From: a virus
Lineage: Duplodnaviria; Caudoviricetes
Length of the DNA: 27,426 bases
Virus record (IMG/VR): IMGVR_UViG_3300016466_000153
Span: 1-27,426 of that record
Reading direction: 5' to 3' (one strand)
Part shown: in pieces, positions 9,044-15,322 of the stretch
Layout of the letters: each line of letters opens with the position of its first letter
How positions within the stretch are numbered: the stretch's first letter is position 1
Translations under genes and position numbers: made by a program
The notes under the pieces: generated by a model
What the model was told of the DNA's origin: nothing
Seen by the model: only the letters and a program-made list of their open reading frames with translations
The model's database searches: none

Positions 9044-9174
9044 TTTACGGCCTCACTTTCTTCGTTAAGTTCAGTAACTACAACACGTAAGTACCTTACA
9101 CCTTCGAATATTTCAGTCACTTCAAAGTCAACCCCTGCATTGTCCAGCAGTTCGTAGAGTTCTTGTGGTGTCAT
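9040..9174 (-). CDS. Small acidic protein (44 aa)
   Basis: Read manually: MTPQELYELLDNAGVDFEVTEIFEGVRYLRV...; GGAGG RBS. Confidence 0.65.
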   Translation of the reverse strand: MTPQELYELLDNAGVDFEVTEIFEGVRYLRVVVTELNEESEAVK

Positions 9175-9186
9175 GCCTGTGCCTCC

Positions 9187-9357
9187 CTAAGTATATGAGG
9201 CAGCGTCACTGCCATGTGCATTGTCAACCCAGCACCCACTGGCATCGAACCCAATCTGCATGGTCTCGCAAGACTCAGTGATCTCACGCACAATTTCATC
9301 AGCACGTTTACTGTTAGGCTCAACCTCTTCAAACTCAAACGCTACGTATACAATCAT
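9187..9357 (-). CDS. Small hypothetical protein (56 aa)
   Basis: Read manually: MIVYVAFEFEEVEPNSKRADEIV...; GGGAG RBS; ATGA overlap. Confidence 0.6.
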   Translation of the reverse strand: MIVYVAFEFEEVEPNSKRADEIVREITESCETMQIGFDASGCWVDNAHGSDAASYT

Positions 9358-9683
9358 GCTCGTACTCCCTTCAGTAGTTGCCGTAAAGTCATGTCTGCTT
9401 CAATGCTTGCATCCCAAATCAAGTCTTCGTAAATACCACCAGTTATGAAGTCTTGCACAGATGGATAGCAACACCCTCCTATGTACTGTGTGCTTAAGGT
9501 GATGCCTAGTTTCTTGGCTTCAATCTTAGCCATAAACCACCGCAACCAGCCCTTGTCGATTTGGTCTAAGATCTGTGCCTTTTCTTCTGCTGACATCTCC
9601 CAGTCAGGCTCGGATTCTTCAGGGCGTATTGAAAGTACGTATTCAAAGTCACCCCTTGTCTCTGTTTGTATGTACTCCCACAT
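9354..9683 (-). CDS. Hypothetical phage protein (YIGGCCY motif)
   Basis: GGAGG RBS; TAATG overlap. Confidence 0.7.
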   Translation of the reverse strand: MWEYIQTETRGDFEYVLSIRPEESEPDWEMSAEEKAQILDQIDKGWLRWFMAKIEAKKLGITLSTQYIGGCCYPSVQDFITGGIYEDLIWDASIEADMTLRQLLKGVRA

Positions 9684-9862
9684 TATTCCCTCCCTTGCAC
9701 TGTGTATTCATAGGTGTAATACAAAGACTCGCCCTTGTCATGTACAGCACGAGGGTTCATGTATATCTCATTGGCTATGTTCCGCATTGCATCAGCCGCT
9801 ACAAAGTTCCACTTGTACGGGTGCTCAGGAAACTCCACCACAACAGTCACTTCTACCTTCAT
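9683..9862 (-). CDS. Small hypothetical protein (59 aa)
   Basis: Read manually: MKVEVTVVVEFPEHPYKW...; GGAGG RBS. Confidence 0.6.
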   Translation of the reverse strand: MKVEVTVVVEFPEHPYKWNFVAADAMRNIANEIYMNPRAVHDKGESLYYTYEYTVQGRE

Positions 9863-10038
9863 GCCTGTGCCTCCAATGTTATTGCATCAATGACTACAAA
9901 GTCACCAAAAGTGTTGTACGGATAGTCCTTGACTTTTTCCAGAGCCTCTGTCAACGTGCAAGCCAAGACAGGCACTTGATGTACAACACCATTGACCACA
10001 TGCTGCAGTTGTACAAAGAATATTTTTTTCCTGCTCAT
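9859..10038 (-). CDS. Small hypothetical protein (59 aa)
   Basis: Read manually: MSRKKIFFVQLQHVVNGVVHQ...; AAGGAGG RBS. Confidence 0.6.
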   Translation of the reverse strand: MSRKKIFFVQLQHVVNGVVHQVPVLACTLTEALEKVKDYPYNTFGDFVVIDAITLEAQA

Positions 10039-10058
10039 CTTATGCCTCCTTAATTTAC

Positions 10059-10074
10059 TGTCGAATGTTCGACA
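10059..10074. promoter_or_regulatory. Palindromic operator-like site, copy 2
   Basis: TGTCGAATGTTCGACA, just upstream of an RBS. Confidence 0.75.
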
Positions 10075-10078
10075 CTAA

Positions 10079-10109
10079 AAGTTCATCGGGTACTTCTACT
10101 TCATCGCCC
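10079..10109. repeat. 31-bp direct repeat, copy A
   Basis: AAGTTCATCGGGTACTTCTACTTCATCGCCC; 30/31 identical to 10723-10753. Confidence 0.85.
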
Positions 10110-10117
10110 TTTCTAAA

Positions 10118-10705
10118 CTAAATGATACTGCCAGCCCCACCACAATCAGGGCAGTCTTTCCACACAGGGGTTATGCCATCATTGCCTTCAAAACGGCCAT
10201 AACTATGAGACAAAACACCTTGGTCATGCCAATGCTTAGCACAAGTCTCGCACCCATGCGTGTCGTTCCAAATAAAATTTGCCTCTGCATTCACTTCTTC
10301 CACCACTTTGTAAAACCGCTCGGCAAATTGCTCCGGTTCCTCATCCAACTGCTTCACCTCAACTTCATACTCGCCCGTTCCATAATCAACACCCTCGACA
10401 ATCGAGCCAACTATCAGGGCAGTCACCAACACCCCTTGGGAATCCATGTCAGACCATGAGCCCAAGCGATACAAGTCATCAGAATGTACCCATTCTGTCA
10501 CCTCCTGCTCATGCGGGTATTCGTCAAACCCATCAGGCTCAAGCACTTTGATGTATTGAATTCTTGCGCTTAACCAAGGGCCACAAGTGGTGTACTTGTA
10601 AGTCTGGCGATATAAATCACCCAACCCCTTGGCATCGGGGAAAGCCTCGGCAAAGTACTGATTGTCCAAACGCTCCTCGTCATACTCTGGTGGGTAATCG
10701 TTCAT
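10118..10705 (-). CDS. Acidic hypothetical protein with CxxC...CxxCxGxG zinc motif
   Basis: CETC and CPDCGGAG motifs; AAGGAG RBS. Confidence 0.7.
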   Translation of the reverse strand: MNDYPPEYDEERLDNQYFAEAFPDAKGLGDLYRQTYKYTTCGPWLSARIQYIKVLEPDGFDEYPHEQEVTEWVHSDDLYRLGSWSDMDSQGVLVTALIVGSIVEGVDYGTGEYEVEVKQLDEEPEQFAERFYKVVEEVNAEANFIWNDTHGCETCAKHWHDQGVLSHSYGRFEGNDGITPVWKDCPDCGGAGSII

Positions 10706-11055
10706 TTCACTTCTCCTTCCATAAGTTCATCGGGCACTTCTACTTCATCGCCCAGTTTGCTTGCCACATAACAACGCATGGCTGCAACGAGTACGGTTGG
10801 GCCATCCATACAGAAGGTGCGGTTCAGCCCACCAAGGCTAGGTTTACGAGCACCGTACTGATGCGCTTTATCAGGCGCAGGTATCCATTGCCATTCGATC
10901 TTCTCCCGCTCAATGATCGGCCCGCCTTGTGCCCATTGTTTTGAGTAGTCTGGGCAGTCGTAGTCCAACCCCCCGTCAACAACCTCATAGTTGATCCCCT
11001 CGCATTTCGCCACCGCCCAGTCCAATGCGGCCCCTTCCAGTTCAGATACTTTCAT
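10702..11055 (-). CDS. DUF2591 / NinX-like protein
   Basis: LEGAALDWAVAKCEG, YS..WAQGGPIIERE and GPT.LVAAMRCYVASKLG motifs. Confidence 0.8.
   Translation of the reverse strand: MKVSELEGAALDWAVAKCEGINYEVVDGGLDYDCPDYSKQWAQGGPIIEREKIEWQWIPAPDKAHQYGARKPSLGGLNRTFCMDGPTVLVAAMRCYVASKLGDEVEVPDELMEGEVK
10723..10753. repeat. 31-bp direct repeat, copy B
   Basis: 3' end of the DUF2591 gene (GDEVEVPDEL). Confidence 0.85.
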
Positions 11056-11067
11056 ACGCCCTCCCAA

Positions 11068-11784
11068 TTAGACTGCCACTGCAAAGCCACTGGTATCACC
11101 CACACAGGTACCCTTGGCACGTAGACCTACAATCACGTTGGCGGGATCGTCATAACGTGCATCATGTTCGTCACCATCGATCACCACTTTGCCAGCCCAC
11201 CGCTTGGGCAATGGCTGACCCTTCTTGACCAAGAAAACCACAGCCATGTTAGCCTGTGCGTCAATCGCATGTGACACCTGACGTTGGTACGTAGGCACAC
11301 CTGAGTATGAGAATGTCAGGTGATAATTGAACGGGGTCTTGCCTAATCGGCTAGCCCGTTTGGTGTAGTCATAAAACTCAACCTCAGGGAATGCCTGTGG
11401 GATGCCACTAAAAGCCTTGCCATGCCGATTGCAGGTAACAGACTCCCATGTTACGTCAGACAGCACGTTAAGCCTGACACGTGCCCTCTTGCCATGCTTA
11501 CTAGCCCGTTTGACCAGTGCCTCTAGGTCTTTGACCAACTGATCGACAAACTCCGTTTGATTGGCATGAAACCAGTCAGTCTTACGCTGACGTGCCAGTG
11601 CCACATTTGAGAATCTGCCACGGCCTGCAGACTTCAGGCATTTGTCCATGCACCCTGCTGCCTTAGAGCCGGGGCATAGCACGTTGTCAGGCATCATGGA
11701 CAGGCCAGCATACAGGTGACCAGCACCGACTTTGGCATTGGTCTTGGCGAGTTTAGAGTTAGAGTCTACGGATAGCAGTTTCAT
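11068..11784 (-). CDS. Gp88-like protein (Cys cluster, radical-SAM-like)
   Basis: CPGSKAAGCMDKCL, RLNVLSD, FYDYTK, NYHLTFS and DGDEHD motifs. Confidence 0.75.
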   Translation of the reverse strand: MKLLSVDSNSKLAKTNAKVGAGHLYAGLSMMPDNVLCPGSKAAGCMDKCLKSAGRGRFSNVALARQRKTDWFHANQTEFVDQLVKDLEALVKRASKHGKRARVRLNVLSDVTWESVTCNRHGKAFSGIPQAFPEVEFYDYTKRASRLGKTPFNYHLTFSYSGVPTYQRQVSHAIDAQANMAVVFLVKKGQPLPKRWAGKVVIDGDEHDARYDDPANVIVGLRAKGTCVGDTSGFAVAV

Positions 11785-11796
11785 ACGTCCTCCGAG

Positions 11797-11976
11797 TCAA
11801 TACACTTGGTTGATCACACACTGATAGACGAAGTCTTTGTCCTCATTCAGTGCCTCTAATTCCTTGTCAGTCAGTGGCGTACCATCCTTGTGCTCTGCAT
11901 AGGTTATGTATGCATCACAAAAGTCAGGGTAGTCACGGGTGTCTATGCCATCCACAGTCACGTTAAATGCGCTCAT
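11797..11976 (-). CDS. Small conserved phage protein (DGIDTRDYPDFCDAYI)
   Basis: Read manually, 59 aa; GAGGA RBS. Confidence 0.7.
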   Translation of the reverse strand: MSAFNVTVDGIDTRDYPDFCDAYITYAEHKDGTPLTDKELEALNEDKDFVYQCVINQVY

Positions 11977-12244
11977 CTGAATCCTCAGTTTCTACTGTCG
12001 AATGTTCGACACAACAATCGTTGATATCGCCATAGTCTTTTCTGTCCGTAGTGCCATTGTACCCACGAGCATACTGCTCAATCTCACCTGCAGACATCTC
12101 AGCCATGGGCACTCTACGGGATTTGTAGGTAGCCCCTTCGTAATAGTGAGGGTCAAACTCCCTGCCATAGTAGGCATCAGCACCGCCTCTATCGAAAGGG
12201 CCACCATGCCGGTGGGTCTCAACTGCAAACGCTACGTATGTCAT
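11963..12244 (-). CDS. Conserved phage protein (HGGPFDRGxADxYYGR)
   Basis: Motif plus GGAGG RBS. Confidence 0.75.
   Translation of the reverse strand: MTYVAFAVETHRHGGPFDRGGADAYYGREFDPHYYEGATYKSRRVPMAEMSAGEIEQYARGYNGTTDRKDYGDINDCCVEHSTVETEDSDERI
11996..12011. promoter_or_regulatory. Palindromic operator-like site, copy 3 (intragenic)
   Basis: TGTCGAATGTTCGACA. Confidence 0.72.
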
Positions 12245-12256
12245 ATGTCCTCCGGG

Positions 12257-12679
12257 TTAGTCCAAACGGGAATCAGCATATGCCTCAATGCCAGCATCAC
12301 ACAGCACCTTGGCATAAGCACTTGCATAGGCAAACTTGCGGTCAACACTCTGGTTGAACTCGCCCACCCAGACCTGCAACCCTTTAGGGTAGGCAGGGCT
12401 TGCAATGCCTTGGGCTTTGGCCCATTTGCCCCATGCAGTATTGCCCTTGAATCGTACCCAAGCAAACCCACATGCCCCTTCAGGTACAAACCATGACCTG
12501 CCGATGGGGTTGCCTATCAAGTCGGCTTCATACACTGTCATTGGAGTGGGGTTGGATTCTGTGCCAGCCTTCATGCCTGCATCATGTGCCCTTTCATGCA
12601 GGGCTTGGAATGTGTCTGCCTTGGCCTTGGTTTCAGGGATGGGGAATGCTTGGGTGAACCTTGTGAGTGTGATTTTCAT
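12257..12679 (-). CDS. Conserved phage protein (EGxCGFAWV family)
   Basis: ATG at 12679 with AAAGGA RBS; GACGFAWV and QSVDRK.AYA motifs. Confidence 0.78.
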   Translation of the reverse strand: MKITLTRFTQAFPIPETKAKADTFQALHERAHDAGMKAGTESNPTPMTVYEADLIGNPIGRSWFVPEGACGFAWVRFKGNTAWGKWAKAQGIASPAYPKGLQVWVGEFNQSVDRKFAYASAYAKVLCDAGIEAYADSRLD

Positions 12680-12702
12680 CTGCAAGTTTCCTTTCAGGTT
12701 AC

Positions 12703-12718
12703 TGTCGAACATTCGACA
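12703..12718. promoter_or_regulatory. Palindromic operator-like site, copy 4
   Basis: TGTCGAACATTCGACA, between the leader hairpin and the RBS. Confidence 0.75.
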
Positions 12719-12731
12719 CTAGACTTCACAT

Positions 12732-12794
12732 ATACAGGGTTATTATTTTTATCCCCTTCACCTTCGGTTCAGGGGTAAAAATATATAACCTATA
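12732..12794 (-). other. Long leader hairpin 1
   Basis: GGTTAT..TATTTTTA-CCCCT-GAACC-GAA-GGTGA-AGGGG-A-TAAAAATA-ATAACC. Confidence 0.7.
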
Positions 12795-12819
12795 CACACG
12801 GGTGATGCGTTGTCTTTAA

Positions 12820-12836
12820 GGCAATTAAAATGCCAA
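12820..12836 (-). promoter_or_regulatory. Putative sigma54 promoter P3
   Basis: TTGGCATTTTAATTGCC with GG-N10-GC spacing; precedes a non-coding leader. Confidence 0.55.
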
Positions 12837-13043
12837 TTCTATTGGCATATAATTGCTACTTGATCCTGCAGGCACGAGGTCAAACCTGCCTTTGATCTCA
12901 AAGCCCATACCCTGTGCCAGTTTCAAGACACGTGGAGTTAGGGTCTTAGTGCCTGCAATTTCAGCCAATGCCTTAGCCTGTGCATTGTCAGGGTGATACG
13001 CTACGCACCCATACTGGGGCTTGATTACGACGAGGATTTCCAT
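12825..13043 (-). CDS. Conserved phage protein (YG...YHP....A..LA.IAGTKTLT)
   Basis: Motif; GAAAGG RBS. Confidence 0.75.
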   Translation of the reverse strand: MEILVVIKPQYGCVAYHPDNAQAKALAEIAGTKTLTPRVLKLAQGMGFEIKGRFDLVPAGSSSNYMPIELAF

Positions 13044-13047
13044 AGGG

Positions 13048-13134
13048 CTACCCTTTCATTAGTGCATAAAAACCGGCAAACCATGGCGCACCTACAATCC
13101 CGCACCACACGAGGATTTCAAACCATTTAAGCAT
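13048..13134 (-). CDS. Small hydrophobic peptide (28 aa)
   Basis: Read manually: MLKWFEILVWCGIVGAPWFAGFYALMKG. Its RBS block is nearly identical to that of the next gene. Confidence 0.5.
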   Translation of the reverse strand: MLKWFEILVWCGIVGAPWFAGFYALMKG

Positions 13135-13228
13135 AGGACTACCCTTTCACTCTGTGCCACTTTTTATATACGTACGTGTATGTACATGGGTGTATGCACA
13201 TACAGGTAGGTACATGTGTGATGCATCA

Positions 13229-13259
13229 CGGGGCAGGTAGCATGACGCTACCCACCCCG
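13229..13259 (-). other. GC-rich hairpin after early gene (processing or stabilising; no U-tract)
   Basis: CGGGGTGGGTAGC-GTCAT-GCTACCTGCCCCG. Confidence 0.5.
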
Positions 13260-13269
13260 CAATCAAGCA

Positions 13270-13971
13270 TCAGGCTAAAGCCTGCAGAGCCGCAATCACT
13301 TTGGCAAGGTCTAAGCCTTCGGCTTTAGCGATTTGAGCCATGCTACTAGCGAATTCAGACTCACTGGCAGTAGATACCTCTACTGCACCATCATCAGATT
13401 CGCTATCAGCCTTCGGCTGTTTTACTGTCGAATGTTCGACACTACCCTTGTTACCTTCGGTAACAGTGTCATCCTCATCAGCCTCAGCCTTCGGCTTAGA
13501 GGCTTTCCGCAACTGCTGACGAAGGTAGGCCGCTGAAGCGGAAGACATTGACATGTCTTTCATAAATTTTTGAACATTTTGCCACTCTGTGGCAAGCCAC
13601 ATGGCATCGGATCGATCTTGACGTGACATTATTCCAAGTGGTGTCTTCGACACCAGTTTGCCATAATCCTTGTCTGAAGCACCGGACACCGAACGTAGTT
13701 CGAGAAGGACTTCACCGATACCTTTCAACTTTTCAAGTTGACCCTTACGTTGTTTTACAAGGGACTTGTAAACAGCGGCTTGATGCTCAATTGCTTCGCC
13801 AAGAGTGTGGCCTTCAGTACCGAAGGTACGGCTGAAGATTGGGTTGCTCTCTTTCAGAGAGGGGATTTGTACTCCCTTGGCTACAGTAGAAACCTTCGGT
13901 TTCGATTGTTCTGCTTTAGCAGAGGGAGCGACAATGGCTTTATCTTCGATAATGGCGAGGTTCGATTTCAT
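13270..13971 (-). CDS. Early protein of unknown function
   Basis: ATG at 13971 with GAAAGGA RBS; helical core and acidic linker. Confidence 0.7.
   Translation of the reverse strand: MKSNLAIIEDKAIVAPSAKAEQSKPKVSTVAKGVQIPSLKESNPIFSRTFGTEGHTLGEAIEHQAAVYKSLVKQRKGQLEKLKGIGEVLLELRSVSGASDKDYGKLVSKTPLGIMSRQDRSDAMWLATEWQNVQKFMKDMSMSSASAAYLRQQLRKASKPKAEADEDDTVTEGNKGSVEHSTVKQPKADSESDDGAVEVSTASESEFASSMAQIAKAEGLDLAKVIAALQALA
13426..13441. promoter_or_regulatory. Palindromic operator-like site, copy 5 (intragenic)
   Basis: TGTCGAATGTTCGACA. Confidence 0.72.
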
Positions 13972-14002
13972 GGTGTGAATCCTTTCAGGATGGTGGGATG
14001 AA

Positions 14003-14182
14003 TTAACGTGAAGCAAGGGAAGCAGAAACAGCAAGGAAAACATTGCCTACGGCAAGGCAAAGCATCAACAGTGATTCGGTACTACCGAATGGGAAAGCCA
14101 AGGCTGCAAATGCAAAGCATGGCAAGGCAATCAGCATGAAAGCAAGGCTGACAAAAGCGGCAATCGATCGGTCTTCATTCAT
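14003..14182 (-). CDS. Two-TM small membrane protein; first gene of the early arm
   Basis: AAGGAA RBS; two hydrophobic segments. Confidence 0.6.
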   Translation of the reverse strand: MNEDRSIAAFVSLAFMLIALPCFAFAALAFPFGSTESLLMLCLAVGNVFLAVSASLASR

Positions 14183-14190
14183 TTTCAATT

Positions 14191-14286
14191 TCCTTCTGTT
14201 GGTTTATAATCAGGGTACTGTAAATTATTCCCCCTTCACTGAAGTTCAGGGGGTAATTTACTAGTACCCTATAAACCTACAGAAGG
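14191..14286 (-). other. Long leader hairpin 2 (occludes the RBS)
   Basis: CCTTCTGT/ACAGAAGG, GGTTTATA/TATAAACC, GGGTACT/AGTACCC, GTAAATTA/TAATTTAC and CCCCCT/AGGGGG. Confidence 0.8.
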
Positions 14287-14309
14287 GTTGTCCCGGCAAC
14301 TTTCGACCC

Positions 14310-14326
14310 AGCAAAAGCCATGCCAA
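14310..14326 (-). promoter_or_regulatory. Putative sigma54 promoter P1
   Basis: TTGGCATGGCTTTTGCT; intergenic, upstream of the first early gene. Confidence 0.65.
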
Positions 14327-14404
14327 ACTTCCACGTAGGAAGCCAAAGGCTGACACAAAGTTTCGCATGTGATGACATGAGACTGATTCGGCAAATCGAC
14401 CCAA

Positions 14405-14421
14405 AGCACAGACCATGCCAA
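14405..14421 (-). promoter_or_regulatory. Putative sigma54 promoter P2
   Basis: TTGGCATGGTCTGTGCT; GG-N10-GC; imperfect duplicate of P1. Confidence 0.5.
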
Positions 14422-14440
14422 TTACATTGGCAAAGGGTAC

Positions 14441-14456
14441 TGTCGAAGGTTCGACA
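14441..14456. promoter_or_regulatory. Palindromic operator-like site, copy 6
   Basis: TGTCGAAGGTTCGACA. Confidence 0.75.
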
Positions 14457-14470
14457 CTAGAAACTGTTGG

Positions 14471-14595
14471 ACACCGAAGGTGAAGGGAGTCGATCTGCCT
14501 AGTGGATAGTTAGGTGATAAACACCGAAGGTGAATGGGGTTAAAGTGATGGACACCGAAGGTGGGGTTGACAAATAGGATTGTACACCGACGGGG
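14471..14595 (+). repeat. ACACCGAAGGTG x3 plus one variant
   Basis: Copies at 14471, 14521 and 14552; variant ACACCGACGGGG at 14584. Confidence 0.85.
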
Positions 14596-14647
14596 TATCC
14601 TTTGGATAAGCCCTCAAAACTGCCATGCCGCTACCCTTTTTTTCAAG

Positions 14648-14670
14648 TTAACTGATTCTATATCAGTTAA
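14648..14670. promoter_or_regulatory. Inverted repeat TTAACTGAT-N5-ATCAGTTAA
   Basis: Perfect 9-bp arms. Confidence 0.55.
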
Positions 14671-14680
14671 AGGCATTGGC

Positions 14681-14693
14681 TAAGTCATTGATA
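14681..14693 (-). promoter_or_regulatory. IHF consensus site
   Basis: TATCAATGACTTA matches WATCAANNNNTTR. Confidence 0.5.
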
Positions 14694-15085
14694 ATGCTAT
14701 GCATTATGGGCTGGAGTCTGCCGATCCTCGCATTGCAATCGCATCACAGCGAGTGACACGTGATCGCTAGGCGCATGCGGCCCTAGGCACGGGCAGGCGT
14801 GGGCCGGTGGGGGGCTAGCGTTATATGTATACGTACTTCTACACAGATCGGGTTTTTATAATAGGTTAGTACTTACTCACTTGCTGTACTTCACCTTAAC
14901 TACCCACACTGTAAACATAAACACTGGCATTCCTTTCACTTTAAGTAGTGGGGAATTGTGGTGTTTAGTGGGGGATTGTGGGTAGTACGTGTTTATGGTA
15001 CAATGTGAGCACTGGCTAGCTTAGCAGTACAGACGTAATTTTGGCAGGCCATAGCAACTATTTTCATGTACAAGTGAAAAAGTAC

Positions 15086-15114
15086 TTGACAAGTGCTATG
15101 AAACCCCATATAAC
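15086..15114 (+). promoter_or_regulatory. sigma70-type promoter for the late arm
   Basis: TTGACA-17 bp-TATAAC, with an A-rich upstream stretch. Confidence 0.7.
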
Positions 15115-15322
15115 TTAGTACTGTAAGTGATTACAGTTAAAATGTATTATAGTTAAAATATAAAAAAACATTATAAGTGTATATACAACTAAACTATAAA
15201 AGAACATTTAACTATAAAACACTTACAAGTGATATCACTTAAGTGAGTACAAAGCGGTAGGATACGTACTTAGTTGTAATGTCTGTACTTCTTAATGCCT
15301 AGCCCGTCATAAAAGAAAGTTC

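Noticed and set aside
5166-11406. Further GG-N10-GC matches at 5166, 9200 and 11393
   Set aside because: They lack TTGC and are intragenic; consistent with background.
484-14264. Plus-strand ORFs in the left arm (and minus-strand ORFs in the right arm)
   Set aside because: They are antisense shadows of genes with better RBS and motif support.
8190-14460. GACACTA(G) as SP6/T7-like phage RNA polymerase promoters
   Set aside because: They would point against the genes, they lack the TATAG initiation sequence, and no RNA polymerase gene is in the window.
14471-14595. ACACCGAAGGTG repeats as a mini-CRISPR array
   Set aside because: The repeat is only 12 bp, the periods are irregular (50, 31, 32 bp), and there are no cas genes.
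15041-15056. TTGGCAGGCCATAGCA, and TTGGCATATAATTGCT at 12842, as plus-strand sigma54 promoters
   Set aside because: The GG-GC spacing is 9, not the required 10.
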